A stretch of DNA of 59,484 nt, the filler included. It is 6 parts of 6 records of this genome, joined end to end, with 100 filler letters (N's around TTAATTAATTAA, not from the genome) between each part and the next. Parts side by side here need not be neighbours in the genome. Positions count along the whole stretch, not along the records: positions 8,664 to 22,925 come from SRR2962707_541; 5 more parts are not named here. One strand, written 5' to 3'. Positions 9,841 to 20,613 of this stretch are shown piece after piece. The notes under the pieces are model-generated. The model worked only from the letters and a program-made list of their open reading frames with translations, ran no database searches and was not told the DNA's origin. Within the stretch, counting starts at the first letter, position 1. Each line of letters starts with the position of its first letter. A program made the translations under genes and the position numbers.

Positions 9841-12800
9841 ATGTGGCAAATCTGGATCGATCGCGGCGGCACTTTTACCGATCTCGTCGCCCGCAAACCC
9901 AACGGCGAACTCGTCACCCATAAACTGCTGTCGGAAAATCCCGAACAGTACGAGGACGCGGCGCTGCAGGGCATCCGGGATCTTCTGGGTATCGATAAGG
10001 GCGCAGCTATACCGGCGGGCAAGGTCGACGCCGTGAAGATGGGCACCACCGTCGCCACCAACGCACTGCTGGAACGCAAGGGCGACCGGACCGCGCTGGT
10101 CATCACCAGGGGTTTCGGCGATGCGCTCAGGATCGGGTATCAGAACCGGCCCCGCCTGTTCGACATGAATATCAAGCTGCCCGAACTGGTCTATGAAACC
10201 GTGCTCGAAGCTGACGAACGGGTCGCCGTCGACGGCGAAGTCCTGACCCCGCTTGACGAAGACGCCCTGAAACAGGGTCTGCAGAAAATCTATGATGACG
10301 GAATCCGTTCCGTCGCCATCGCCTTCCTGCACGGCTACAAGCACACGGCGCATGAAATCCGCGCCGGTGAAATCGCCCGCGATGTCGGCTTTACCCAGGT
10401 TTCCATCTCGCATCAGGTCAGCCCGCTGATCAAGCTGGTGTCGCGTGGCGATACCACCGTCGTCGATGCCTATCTGTCGCCGATCCTGCGCCGTTATGTC
10501 GACCGGGTTGTCGCCGACCTGGAAGCTGACGGTGCCGATGGCCCCCGGCTGATGTTCATGCAGTCGAACGGCGGCCTGACGGACGCCAAGCTTTTCCAGG
10601 GCAAGGATAGTATCCTGTCCGGTCCGGCCGGCGGTGTCGTCGGCATGGTCCGCACCGCGCAGATCGCCGGTTTCGATAACATTATCGGTTTCGACATGGG
10701 CGGCACGTCTACCGACGTCGCCCACTTCGACGGTGAATACGAGCGCTCGCTCGAGAGCATCGTTGCCGGGGTCCGCATGCGCGCCCCGATGATGAACATT
10801 CATACCGTCGCCGCCGGCGGTGGATCGATCCTGGTGTTTGACGGCGCACGCTTCCGCGTCGGCCCGGAAAGCGCCGGGGCCAATCCCGGCCCGGCATCCT
10901 ATCGCCGCGGCGGGCCGCTGGCGGTCACCGACTGCAACGTGATGCTCGGCAAGATCCAGCCCAAGTATTTCCCGAGCGTGTTCGGCCCCAATGCAGACGA
11001 ACGCCTCGACGAGAAGGTGGTGAAGGAAAAATTCGCCGAACTGGCCGAACGGATCGCGCGTGAAACCGGGGAAGCCAAGCGCACCCCGCAGGACATCGCC
11101 GAGGGTTTCCTGACCATCGCCGTCGAGAACATGGCCAACGCGATCAAGCAGATTTCCGTCCAACGCGGTTATGACATCACGCATTACGTGCTGAACTGTT
11201 TCGGCGGTGCCGGCGGGCAGCATGCCTGTCTGGTGGCCGATGCCCTGGGCATGAAAACCGTATTCGTGCATCCGTTTGCCGGTGTGCTGTCGGCCTACGG
11301 CATGGGTCTGGCCGATATCCGCGCGCTGCGTGAACGCTCTGTCAGCGAACCCGTCGACAATGACGCCGTGGCCCGCATCAAACCGATACTGGACGACATG
11401 GCCGCCGATGCCCGCGCCGAGGTTACCTCGCAGGGGATCGCCGAAAAACAGATCAGTGATCACCGCCGCGCACACCTGCGCTACGAGGGCACCGACAGCG
11501 CACTGGTCGTCAATGTCTCCGACGCCGACGCCATGTCCAAGGAATTCGAAGACCTGCACCGCCAGCGCTTCGGGTTCGTGCCCGAGGGCCGCAAGCTGGT
11601 CATCGAGGCGCTGGCCGTCGAAGCCGTCGGCGCCACGGAAAGCATGATCGATCCGGAAATGGACAGCATGCCCGACGCTGCCCCGATGCGGCCGCGTGAC
11701 ACGGTCCGCATGTATTCCGGCGGCGAAGAACACGACACCCCCGTCTATGCCCGCGAGGCTTTCCTGCCGGGCGATACAATCGAAGGGCCGGCGGTCATTA
11801 CCGAGGACACCGCCACCACGGTCGTGGAGCCGGGCTGGCAGGCGTACATGAACTCACGCGGGCACCTGATCCTGAAACGGGTCAAAGCCCGTCCCCAGAC
11901 CTACGCTGTCGGCACCGAGGCCGATCCGGTGATGCTGGAGATCTTCAACAACCTGTTCATGTCCATCGCCGAGCAGATGGGCGCGACCCTGGCCAACACC
12001 GCCTATTCGGTGAACATCAAGGAACGCCTCGATTTCTCGTGCGCGATCTTCGACATCGAAGGCAATCTGGTCGCCAATGCGCCGCACATGCCGATCCATC
12101 TGGGGTCCATGGGCGAGAGCATCAAGACCGTGATCCGCGAGAATGCGGGCACCATCAAACCGGGCAACGTCTATGCCCTGAACGCCCCCTATAACGGCGG
12201 CACCCACCTGCCCGACGTCACCGTGATCACCCCGGTGTTCGACGAAGCCGGCAAGGACATCCTGTTCTATGTCGGCTCGCGCGGTCACCAGGCCGATATC
12301 GGCGGCCGCACACCGGGCTCCGCACCGCCGGATTCGACACACATCGAAGACGAAGGCGTGCTGATCGACAACTTCCTGCTCGTCGAGGAAGGCAAGCTGC
12401 GTGAAAAGGAAACCTATGATCTGCTGAAATCCGGCAAGTATCCGTGCCGTAACCCGATGCAGAACATGGCCGACCTGACCGCGCAGATCGCCGCCAACGA
12501 AACCGGTGTGCGTGAACTGCGCAAGATGATCCAGCACTTCGGTCTCGATGTGGTGCATGCCTACATGGGCCACGTGCAGGACAACGCCGAGGAGAGCGTG
12601 CGCCGGGTTCTCGATGTCCTGTCGGATTGTGAGTTCACTTACCCGATGGATAACGGTGACCAGATCCAGGTGAAAATCACCGTCGATAAGAATGCCCGCG
12701 AGGCGCTGATCGACTTCACCGGCACCTCGCCGCAGGGCAATCACAACTACAATGCCCCGCTGGCCGTCTGTAAGGCAGCGGTGCTTTATGTGTTCCGTAC

Positions 12801-13452
12801 CCTTGTCGATGACGAAATTCCATTGAACGAGGGGTGCCTGAAACCGCTCAAGATCAAGGTGCCGAAGAAATCCATCATCAGCCCGGAATATCCGGCGGCC
12901 GTGATCGCCGGCAACACCGAGGTATCGCAGTGCATCACGGATGCCCTGTACGGTGCGCTCGGTGTGATGGCGTCGGCGCAAGGCACGATGAACAACTTCG
13001 TTTACGGCAACGACGTCTTCCAGAACTACGAAACCATCTGCGGCGGCACTGGTGCCGGGGACGGCTTCAATGGCTGCTCGGCGGTGCATTCGCACATGAC
13101 GAACACCCGCATGACCGATACCGAAGTTCTGGAAAACCGGTTCCCGGTGAGGGTCGAGGAATTCTCGATCCGCCGCGGCTCGGGCGGTCAGGGCAAGTAC
13201 CACGGCGGCGACGGCGTGGTGCGGCGTATGCGCTTCCTTGAAAGCATGACCGCGACCACGCTGTCGAGCCACCGCCACACCGATCCGTGGGGTCTCAAAG
13301 GCGGCAAGCCCGGCCAGCGGGGAGAAAACGCCGTCGAGCGTGCCGACGGCACAATCGACAAGCTGCGCGGCAATGACGAAACCGAAATGATGCCGGGCGA
13401 TATCTTCGTACTCAGAACGCCGGGGGGTGGCGGATACGGCGAGCCGGAGTGA
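9841..13452 (+). CDS. Fused hydantoinase A+B / ATP-dependent 5-oxoprolinase family protein
   Basis: [71 protein letters not shown] before ATG 9841. Confidence 0.95.
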   Translation: MWQIWIDRGGTFTDLVARKPNGELVTHKLLSENPEQYEDAALQGIRDLLGIDKGAAIPAGKVDAVKMGTTVATNALLERKGDRTALVITRGFGDALRIGYQNRPRLFDMNIKLPELVYETVLEADERVAVDGEVLTPLDEDALKQGLQKIYDDGIRSVAIAFLHGYKHTAHEIRAGEIARDVGFTQVSISHQVSPLIKLVSRGDTTVVDAYLSPILRRYVDRVVADLEADGADGPRLMFMQSNGGLTDAKLFQGKDSILSGPAGGVVGMVRTAQIAGFDNIIGFDMGGTSTDVAHFDGEYERSLESIVAGVRMRAPMMNIHTVAAGGGSILVFDGARFRVGPESAGANPGPASYRRGGPLAVTDCNVMLGKIQPKYFPSVFGPNADERLDEKVVKEKFAELAERIARETGEAKRTPQDIAEGFLTIAVENMANAIKQISVQRGYDITHYVLNCFGGAGGQHACLVADALGMKTVFVHPFAGVLSAYGMGLADIRALRERSVSEPVDNDAVARIKPILDDMAADARAEVTSQGIAEKQISDHRRAHLRYEGTDSALVVNVSDADAMSKEFEDLHRQRFGFVPEGRKLVIEALAVEAVGATESMIDPEMDSMPDAAPMRPRDTVRMYSGGEEHDTPVYAREAFLPGDTIEGPAVITEDTATTVVEPGWQAYMNSRGHLILKRVKARPQTYAVGTEADPVMLEIFNNLFMSIAEQMGATLANTAYSVNIKERLDFSCAIFDIEGNLVANAPHMPIHLGSMGESIKTVIRENAGTIKPGNVYALNAPYNGGTHLPDVTVITPVFDEAGKDILFYVGSRGHQADIGGRTPGSAPPDSTHIEDEGVLIDNFLLVEEGKLREKETYDLLKSGKYPCRNPMQNMADLTAQIAANETGVRELRKMIQHFGLDVVHAYMGHVQDNAEESVRRVLDVLSDCEFTYPMDNGDQIQVKITVDKNAREALIDFTGTSPQGNHNYNAPLAVCKAAVLYVFRTLVDDEIPLNEGCLKPLKIKVPKKSIISPEYPAAVIAGNTEVSQCITDALYGALGVMASAQGTMNNFVYGNDVFQNYETICGGTGAGDGFNGCSAVHSHMTNTRMTDTEVLENRFPVRVEEFSIRRGSGGQGKYHGGDGVVRRMRFLESMTATTLSSHRHTDPWGLKGGKPGQRGENAVERADGTIDKLRGNDETEMMPGDIFVLRTPGGGGYGEPE

Positions 13453-13599
13453 GCCGATATAAAGAAAAGCCCGGAAACCGCCTTTAAATTGTGATGATTT
13501 AGCGCTTCTTAACGCAAAATCTTGTATGCAGAACGTCAAACCGGTATTTTTAAGGCGAATCGCTTTGCGATGAGCTTTCGGGGAGTGTTCGGCTGCACG

Positions 13600-14958
13600 A
13601 TGCGGACGGATAACGACAGGACAACTTGGAGCGCGGCTTTGCCACTAAAACGGCTGACGATCTGTCTGACCTTGAGCGTCGCCTGTATTGGTGCGCCGCT
13701 GTCCGTCACCGCCAATCCCATTGAGGTTGAACTGAGCGGTCTGCTGACCGAGCACCCGCAGATCAAGGCTGCCGAGAAATCCCTGCAATCATCCCGTCAG
13801 GGCGTAAAATCGGCCATTGCCGATTTCTATCCGACGGTATCCGTGAACAGTGATGCCGGGTACGAACACATCGACAGTCCGTCGGCCCGAAGTGACAATG
13901 CCCCGGACGGTAATGCCTATGGCAGGACCCGCAATACCGCGTCGCTCACCGTGACGCAGAACCTGTTCAACGGGTATGCCACCGCGTCGGCTGTGCGGAC
14001 CGCCCGGCTGAACCGTGAGCTGGCTCAGATTTCATTCGAAGGTACGCGCCAGAACACGATCTTTGAAGGTATCCAGACCTACATCGACGTGCTGCGCCAG
14101 CGCCGCCTGATCGAACTCGCCCGCGAAAACGAAGCAACCATTCAACGGCAGCTCAACCTCGAAGATGAACGTGTGCAGCGCGGTTCCGGTGTGGCCGTTG
14201 ACGTTCTGCAGGCGAAATCGCGGCTGCAGATCGCCAAGGAACGCCGCGTCAATTTCGAGGGCGCGCTGGAAGATGCGATCAGCCGGTATACCCAGGTCTT
14301 CGGACATCCGCCGGACATTGATTCAATGCTCGATCCCGAACCGCCGATCGACCTGATCCCGAGCGAACTGTCCAAGTCCATCGATATCGCCATTGTCGAA
14401 AACCCCGCCGTCGGCAATTCCGGCACCACCGTCGAAGTGGCCCGTGAGCGCCGCCGCTCGGTCCGCGCCGAACTGTTTCCGTCGGTCGATCTCGAAGGCA
14501 GCTACAACTACGAAAAGCACAACAATGCGACGCTCGGCACCCGGCGTGATTATTCGCTCGTGGTTTCCAGCACGTGGGAACTTTTCTCCGGCTTCTCGAC
14601 CCGGGCCTCAATGGCACAGGCCGCCTACGATTACCACGCCAGCAAGGATCAGCATGAATTCACGGTCCGCAAGGTGATCGAACAGAGCAAGCTTGCCTGG
14701 CAGTCTCTGCTGACCGCCCGCGAACGGCTCGAACTACTCGAGAACGCGGTCAACATCGCGTCGGAGGTTTTCGAAAGCCGCAAGAAACTGCGTGAAGCGG
14801 GCAAGGAAACCGTGATCAATGTTCTCGATGCCGAGAACGAGGTCAACAACGCCCAGATCAACTATACCTCTGCCTTTTATGACGAGCGCCTTGCGGTCTA
14901 CCAGTTGCTTCTGGCCATGGGACGGCTCGACAGCAAAAACCTCGCGCTCGGTTTCTGA
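13600..14958 (+). CDS. TolC family outer membrane efflux/type I secretion channel
   Basis: Signal peptide; two TolC repeats (P.V...QNLFNG and P.VDL...WELFSG); DVLQAKSRL and NVLDAENE motifs. Start uncertain (13570 or 13600). Confidence 0.9.
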   Translation: MRTDNDRTTWSAALPLKRLTICLTLSVACIGAPLSVTANPIEVELSGLLTEHPQIKAAEKSLQSSRQGVKSAIADFYPTVSVNSDAGYEHIDSPSARSDNAPDGNAYGRTRNTASLTVTQNLFNGYATASAVRTARLNRELAQISFEGTRQNTIFEGIQTYIDVLRQRRLIELARENEATIQRQLNLEDERVQRGSGVAVDVLQAKSRLQIAKERRVNFEGALEDAISRYTQVFGHPPDIDSMLDPEPPIDLIPSELSKSIDIAIVENPAVGNSGTTVEVARERRRSVRAELFPSVDLEGSYNYEKHNNATLGTRRDYSLVVSSTWELFSGFSTRASMAQAAYDYHASKDQHEFTVRKVIEQSKLAWQSLLTARERLELLENAVNIASEVFESRKKLREAGKETVINVLDAENEVNNAQINYTSAFYDERLAVYQLLLAMGRLDSKNLALGF

Positions 14959-15926
14959 TGTCCCTGCTCGTCAGCTTCGATGACATAAAGGATGCCCGTG
15001 CACGGTTACATGCAACCGTGCGCCGCACCCCGATCCTGCCGGTTGCCCGCGACAGCCGCGAAATCGGCAACGAGCAACTGTCCGTCAAATGCGAGAACCT
15101 GCAGGTCACGGGCGCTTACAAGATTCGCGCCGCGTTCACCATGCTCGACCGCCTGAGCGCGGAACAGAAATCCAAAGGCGTGGTGCTGGCGTCGAGCGGC
15201 AACTTCGCCCAAGCCTTCGCCTTTGCAGGCCGATTGCTGAACGTCCCCATCGCCGTCGTGATGTTGCGTGAAACCAGCGCTTACAAGGTCGCCGCCACCG
15301 AAGGCCACGGTGCCGAAGTGGTCTATTGCGACGATGCCCTCAACCGCCAACCGATGGTCTTCGACGTCGCCAAAGAGCGCGGCATGACGGCCATTGATAC
15401 CTGGGAAGAATACTGGATCACTGCTGGGCATGCCTCGCTCGGCATGGAAATCTGTGAAGACGCTGAAGACCTGCAACAGGTACTCGTGCCTGTTTCATCG
15501 GGCGGTGTCGCCGGTGGTGTGGCAGCGGCGGTAAAGCACATGCGCCCTGACGTGAAGGTGATCGGCGTGCAGCCGGAACGTGCCAATGCCGCGTACGTTT
15601 CGCGGCAGAAAGGCGAAGCCACGGCGATCGATTACTGGGACAGCATTGCCGACGGCCTGTCGGCGCGGCGTCCCGGCGAACGGCCGTTCGCCCATATTGA
15701 AGCCTATATGGATGACATCGTTCTGGTGTCGGAAAACGATATCGGCCGCGCTTTCGTAACCCTCCTGACCCGCGCCAAGCTACTCGGTGAAGCCGCGGGT
15801 GTCGTTGCCAGTGCGGCGTTTCTGGCGGACAAGGTGGACACATCCCTGAAAACGGTGGCCGCGCTGACCGGCGGCAACCTGACCCGCGAAAGCATGGACA
15901 AGCTCTACGCACTGGCCGAAGGCTGA
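14958..15926 (+). CDS. PLP-dependent threonine/serine dehydratase-racemase family enzyme without regulatory domain
   Basis: KCENLQVTGAYKIR (PLP Lys), SSGN, VPVSSGGV, SIADGL, LTGGN; TGATG overlap with the tolC-like stop. Confidence 0.9.
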   Translation: MSLLVSFDDIKDARARLHATVRRTPILPVARDSREIGNEQLSVKCENLQVTGAYKIRAAFTMLDRLSAEQKSKGVVLASSGNFAQAFAFAGRLLNVPIAVVMLRETSAYKVAATEGHGAEVVYCDDALNRQPMVFDVAKERGMTAIDTWEEYWITAGHASLGMEICEDAEDLQQVLVPVSSGGVAGGVAAAVKHMRPDVKVIGVQPERANAAYVSRQKGEATAIDYWDSIADGLSARRPGERPFAHIEAYMDDIVLVSENDIGRAFVTLLTRAKLLGEAAGVVASAAFLADKVDTSLKTVAALTGGNLTRESMDKLYALAEG

Positions 15927-15952
15927 CTTTTCAATCCCATGGCCCGAACGCA

Positions 15953-15981
15953 GAAAGACCCGGCCAAAGGCCGGGCCTTTC
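15953..15981. terminator. GC-rich hairpin between convergent genes, probable intrinsic terminator
   Basis: GAAAGACCCGGCC-AAA-GGCCGGGCCTTTC inverted repeat. Confidence 0.7.
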
Positions 15982-16020
15982 CTCGGGAACGCCGGGTTAG
16001 CTCCGACGCCCTGGGGGAAA

Positions 16021-16425
16021 TCAGGAACCCCCGTTGAGCGCAGATCCGGCGAGGGTCTCTCCCGAAACCCCATTGTTAGAGTCGTTGTCAGCAAAACACC
16101 GCATCGCCTGTATGCGTCCTTCAACATCCTGTGCATAGGCGGCCAGTTGATCGCCCCGCAGCCACAGTTTGCTGTCGTGAAAAACCAGTATCGAATTCCG
16201 CCCCATCAGTTCGCGGGTTTGTTCGGCACGCTTTTCCCAGGTCCGGATATAGGCATCCCAGTCACCCTTGTAGGCAGTAGCGACGTATCGCGATAACGCA
16301 CCTTCGCTGACCTTGCCCCAGACCTTGTTTTCGGGAACTTCAGGGCAGCCGGCCAGGACCTGAGAGGCCGGAAACAGGATCATCAGGGCCAGAAAGGCAC
16401 CGGCAATTCGGTTGACGTTCTTCAT
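16021..16425 (-). CDS. Hypothetical exported protein, ~134 aa, two Cys
   Basis: MKNVNRIAGAFLALMILFPASQVLA signal peptide; ATG a few nt after the upstream gene's stop. Confidence 0.75.
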   Translation of the reverse strand: MKNVNRIAGAFLALMILFPASQVLAGCPEVPENKVWGKVSEGALSRYVATAYKGDWDAYIRTWEKRAEQTRELMGRNSILVFHDSKLWLRGDQLAAYAQDVEGRIQAMRCFADNDSNNGVSGETLAGSALNGGS

Positions 16426-16429
16426 GATG

Positions 16430-16864
16430 TTACCTGCAGTCGACTTCGGCGTCGTATTTGAACGGACGCTCGTACCAGCTGGGCTCGACGAACAGGCCGA
16501 CACGGGCCGTACCGATGTTCTTCAGGCGGAATGACGCTTTCTGGCCTTTGGCAAAACGCATTTCGCGTTCGGAAATTTCCTTCGTCTGACCGTTCTTGAT
16601 CTCATAGACCTTTAGCTTGCCGAGTTTGGGCCACTTGTCGCCAAGGTTGACGATCTTGAACATCGCCGTGCCTTCCATGCAGGCGCTGAGGATTTCGACG
16701 TTGACGTTGGCGCCACCGGCCTGGGCCAGGGTGAGAACATCCACATGCACGCCCGGACGCTGCTGCAGCGGCACCGGGATGCTGCGCTGCTGGGCCCCGG
16801 CGACACCGACGATGGTGGTGACCAGGGTGAAGATCGAAATAATGGCGAGAAGTCGTAAGTACAC
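16430..16864 (-). CDS. Hypothetical exported beta-rich protein, 144 aa, two Cys
   Basis: GTG start after AGGAATGGA; signal peptide ending AGA; GC3-rich codons. Confidence 0.75.
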   Translation of the reverse strand: MYLRLLAIISIFTLVTTIVGVAGAQQRSIPVPLQQRPGVHVDVLTLAQAGGANVNVEILSACMEGTAMFKIVNLGDKWPKLGKLKVYEIKNGQTKEISEREMRFAKGQKASFRLKNIGTARVGLFVEPSWYERPFKYDAEVDCR

Positions 16865-17000
16865 AGTTCCATTCCTTGAGCATCTGTCGACAGGTCACGC
16901 CCGTCGTTGTCCCAATGAATACAACTGCTTTGTAAGAAGCTTATGTCGGTGTCGTTAGCGTTTGTTACAAAGTGTAAAAAACTGCGTTTTCGCGCCGGTC

Positions 17001-18131
17001 TCAGTCCTTCAGGGCTGCCATGACATGACCCAGCATGCCATCGATTTTGGCCTGCTCCATCCAGCGGAAGACGCCGACAATATCCAGTTCCTGATCGATC
17101 CAGATCAGGTTCGACCCGGCACCCAGGGCAAAGAAACTGGAAGCCGGGGCGCTCGGATAATAATCACGGTCCGTGTTCAGCCACCACAGGAAACCATAGA
17201 CTTTATAGATGTCGATTGCCGTGTGCATCTGCTCGACCCAACCGGCATCAAGAACCTGCTTTCCGTCCCATGCGCCGTTTCGCGCAATCAGCAGCCCGAA
17301 CCGGGCATGGTCGTAGGTGTCGATCCACATACCGCCGCCCCAGTGTGTCCCGCCCGGGACGGAGACCATCGGTTTACCGTCGACCATGACCTCGGAATTG
17401 GAATAACCATGCCACTGCCAGTTTGCCGACGCGCCGATCGGATCCATGATCCGTTCCTTCAGGACATCCGGCAAAGGCCGTTTGAACAGGTGCAGCAGGG
17501 CCAGCGAGAACACGTTGACGCGGACATCGTTGTATTCCCAGAACGTCCCCGGCGTTTCCATCGGGCGCTTTTCGCCCTTGCGTTCATTGGTCGACCCGGC
17601 ACCGACCTCGCGGTAATGATCGACCTGATCGGGCTTGTCGAAAAGCGTGCCGGACCATTCGCTGGTCTGGGTCAGGAGATGCCGCCAGGTGATCTTGGAA
17701 TTGTGATCGCCCTGAAATTCAGGAATGTCGATATCCCCGGATACCGGGGCGTCGATGTCCTTGATCAGGCCGTCGGCGACGGCGACGCCGCACAGTACCG
17801 CCAGATAGCTTTTGGCGATTGAAAACGTCATGTCGATGCGGCCCGGATCTCCCCAGCTTGCCGCGATTTCACCGCCACGCAGGATCAGACCGGCAGGACC
17901 GCCCCGTGGTTTGAGCGGACCAAGAAACTGGTTCCAGGGCTCAGGTTCGATCTGGGTCAGGCCCGGCACACTGCCGGCGTCTTCGAGATCACGCGGCCAC
18001 GAACTTTCGCTGGCTTCGGCATAGGCCACGGCCTGATCCAGTTTTGCGCTGTCAAAACCAAGGTCCTGAGGTGCGCGGGTGGCCCATTCGCCGGCGCCGG
18101 AAACCGGCGGCACATATGTTGAAGCTGTCAC
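17001..18131 (-). CDS. Serine hydrolase, beta-lactamase class C/AmpC-like fold, cytoplasmic
   Basis: FSIAKS (SxxK), HLLTQTS, PGTFWEYND (catalytic Tyr), YGFLWW; GGAG RBS; no signal peptide. Confidence 0.9.
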   Translation of the reverse strand: MTASTYVPPVSGAGEWATRAPQDLGFDSAKLDQAVAYAEASESSWPRDLEDAGSVPGLTQIEPEPWNQFLGPLKPRGGPAGLILRGGEIAASWGDPGRIDMTFSIAKSYLAVLCGVAVADGLIKDIDAPVSGDIDIPEFQGDHNSKITWRHLLTQTSEWSGTLFDKPDQVDHYREVGAGSTNERKGEKRPMETPGTFWEYNDVRVNVFSLALLHLFKRPLPDVLKERIMDPIGASANWQWHGYSNSEVMVDGKPMVSVPGGTHWGGGMWIDTYDHARFGLLIARNGAWDGKQVLDAGWVEQMHTAIDIYKVYGFLWWLNTDRDYYPSAPASSFFALGAGSNLIWIDQELDIVGVFRWMEQAKIDGMLGHVMAALKD

Positions 18132-18262
18132 GTGATGATCTCCTGGAAGAATTATTCGGTGTTCAAAATATCACACCGCCCCCGTCAACCAAGGGCTGAA
18201 TTTTGTATTCCGCAGACAATCAACTATGCCTATGATGAAGGAATGAAATCATGGAGGGGTTC

Positions 18263-19294
18263 ATGTTGCGCCTAGTAAAGCTTGCCTTGTTAACCGGTCT
18301 GATATGCATTGGAAGCCCGAGCGGTTCTTTTCTGTCGCACGATGCTCAGGCTGATGATCTCAGATTTTTCAATATCGCGTCCGGCTCCAGGGGAGGCACC
18401 TATTTCCCCATCGCCTCCTCCCTGGCAAAAGTCATTTCCAATCCGCCCGGTTCGAAATCCTGTGAAAACGGCGGCAATTGCGGCGTACCGTCGCTGACTG
18501 CAACGGCGCAAAGTTCCGGCGGCTCGGTCGCCAATGTCGATGCGCTCATGAGCAAGAAGTTCCCCTCGGCCATTGCCCAGTCGGACGTCACGTACTGGTC
18601 CTATACAGGCACCGGGCCGTTCCGGACCCGCAAGCCGAACACGTTGCTCTGTGTTCTCACAAGCCTGTATCCGGAAGACGTGCATCTGGTGGCCACCCGC
18701 GCCTCCCGCATTGAAAAAATCGAAGACCTCCCCGGCAAGCGCGTTGCTCTCGGCGAACGGGATTCCGGGGCACTGCTCGGCGCCCAGCTTCTTGTGCGGG
18801 CCTACGGTCTGCAGGAAGGCAAGGACTTCACGCCCTCGTATGTGAATTACAACGGCGCCGTCGATGCCATGAAGGCTGGCCAGATCGATGCCTTTATCAC
18901 AGTGGCGGGTCACCCAAGTGCAAGCATCACTGACATGATCAAGTCAGAAGGTGCGCATCTGGTGCAGATCATCGGCAAGGGGCGTGAAGTGCTGGCGGAA
19001 AAATCACCGTTCTATGCCCTGTCCGAGATTCCCGCCGGTGCTTATCCCGATCAGACCCAATCGATAAAGACCGTCGCCGTCACGGCGCTTTGGCTTTCAC
19101 GCACCGATCTCGATCAGGAATTCATCTACAAGGTCACCAAGGCATTCTGGAGCAACAAATTCGCTCGTGACATCCTTGATGCTGGACATCCCAAGGGTAA
19201 ATCGATCACCATGGCGTCTTCGTTTGACGGGGTTCCTATCCCGCTGTGCGTCGGTGCGCAGAAATATTACAAGGAAATCGGCCGCCTTAAATGA
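18263..19294 (+). CDS. TAXI-family TRAP solute-binding protein
   Basis: ASGSRGGTYFP, SGGSVAN, QSD, LYPEDVHLV, GKRVALG..SG and IPLCVGAQKYYKEIG motifs; GGAGG RBS before ATG 18263. Confidence 0.92.
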   Translation: MLRLVKLALLTGLICIGSPSGSFLSHDAQADDLRFFNIASGSRGGTYFPIASSLAKVISNPPGSKSCENGGNCGVPSLTATAQSSGGSVANVDALMSKKFPSAIAQSDVTYWSYTGTGPFRTRKPNTLLCVLTSLYPEDVHLVATRASRIEKIEDLPGKRVALGERDSGALLGAQLLVRAYGLQEGKDFTPSYVNYNGAVDAMKAGQIDAFITVAGHPSASITDMIKSEGAHLVQIIGKGREVLAEKSPFYALSEIPAGAYPDQTQSIKTVAVTALWLSRTDLDQEFIYKVTKAFWSNKFARDILDAGHPKGKSITMASSFDGVPIPLCVGAQKYYKEIGRLK

Positions 19295-20613
19295 CCTCCC
19301 CCAATCAGTTAAGTGCCAGTGACGCCCTGCAGGCCATACGCGCCGGGGAGCTTACCTCCCGCAATCTTGTCGATGCCTGCATCCAGCACGCTGAATCACG
19401 TGAAGATGACGTCGGCGCGTGGATTTACCTGAACCCCTGTCTGGCCCGTGAACAGGCCGATGCCTGTGATGAAGCGAAGGCCGCCGGCCGTGATCTCGGC
19501 CCATTGCACGGTATTCCGGTCGGCCTGAAGGACATTATCGATACCGCCGACATGCCGACGGAAAACGGCTCCGCCCTGTTCGAGGGGCGCCGCCCGGTCA
19601 CCGACAGCACCATCGCCCGCCTGCTGCGGGACGCCGGGGCCGTGGTCATGGGCAAGACCGTCACCACGGAGTTCGCCCTGACCGCATCCGGCAAGACCAA
19701 AAATCCCCATAACCCGGCACACACCCCCGGCGGCTCGTCTTCCGGTTCAGCTGCTGCCGTGGCGGATTTCCAGGTTCCGCTGTCGGTCGGCACCCAGACC
19801 GGGGGCTCCATGCTCCGCCCCGCGTCGTTTTGCGGCGTCTATGGATTCAAGCCAACGTTCGGCTCCATTTCCCGTGCCGGCATGTTCACCCTGGCCCGTC
19901 CGCTCGATCACCCGGGCATCTATGCCCGCTCGCTTGAAGATATTGCCCGTACCGGCGATGTGCTGATGGTCAAGGACCCGGCCGATCTGGACATGCGCGG
20001 CCACCTGCGAACCAATCTTCTCGAAACATTCAGTTCGCCGGCGGAGACACCCCCCCGGATCGCGTTCGTGAAGGGACCGATGTGGGCCTTTGCCGAGCCC
20101 TACATGAATGATCTTTTCGCCGGTGTCATGGATAGCCTGAAGGGACATGCGCAGGAAGTTGAACTGACGGGAGTCTTTGACGATGCCCTGGATTGCCAGG
20201 GCACCGTGATGATGGCCAACGTCCGCGCCAATATTGGCGATTACTGCGACAACCATCCCGACAAGGTTCGCGAAGAAACCCGCCGCCGCAATGCCCAGGG
20301 CGAAGGTATCACCGCGGAAGCCTATGTGCGGGCCATTGAATTTCGTGACACCATTGCTGCCGCGCTGGATAAACTGTTCGACAGCTATGACGTGCTGATC
20401 ACCGCCGCTGCCCCCGGTGAGGCACCGCTTGGGCTTGAAAGCACCGGCAATGCCGTGTTCCAGAAGCTTTTTACCCTGACCGGTGTGCCGACGGTCAGCC
20501 TGCCCAAGCTTAAAGGCCCCACGGGTCTGCCCATCGGGCTTCAGGTCATTGGCCGCCACGGCCACGACGGCGAACTTCTGCGCCATGCCCATTGGATAGA
20601 GGAAGCGTTTTGA
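19291..20613 (+). CDS. Amidase-signature family enzyme
   Basis: GPLHGIPVGLKD (Lys), TPGGSSSGSAAAVA, GTQTGGSMLRPASFCG (Ser-cisSer-Lys triad); ATGA overlap with the TAXI gene. Confidence 0.95.
   Translation: MTSPNQLSASDALQAIRAGELTSRNLVDACIQHAESREDDVGAWIYLNPCLAREQADACDEAKAAGRDLGPLHGIPVGLKDIIDTADMPTENGSALFEGRRPVTDSTIARLLRDAGAVVMGKTVTTEFALTASGKTKNPHNPAHTPGGSSSGSAAAVADFQVPLSVGTQTGGSMLRPASFCGVYGFKPTFGSISRAGMFTLARPLDHPGIYARSLEDIARTGDVLMVKDPADLDMRGHLRTNLLETFSSPAETPPRIAFVKGPMWAFAEPYMNDLFAGVMDSLKGHAQEVELTGVFDDALDCQGTVMMANVRANIGDYCDNHPDKVREETRRRNAQGEGITAEAYVRAIEFRDTIAAALDKLFDSYDVLITAAAPGEAPLGLESTGNAVFQKLFTLTGVPTVSLPKLKGPTGLPIGLQVIGRHGHDGELLRHAHWIEEAF

Noticed and set aside
13498-13513. TTTA-N7-TTAAC resembling a CtrA box upstream of the tolC-like gene
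   Set aside because: One mismatch, single copy, in an AT-rich spacer; not distinguishable from chance.
9784-13539. Long antisense ORFs (649 aa and 561 aa)
   Set aside because: Shadows of the GC3-biased oxoprolinase gene; no motifs of their own.
15991-16020. GCCGGGTTAGCTC looks like a tRNA 5' end
   Set aside because: No D-arm completion, anticodon arm, TTCGA loop or acceptor-stem partner.
16962-17822. 286-aa plus-strand ORF
   Set aside because: Antisense shadow of the serine hydrolase.
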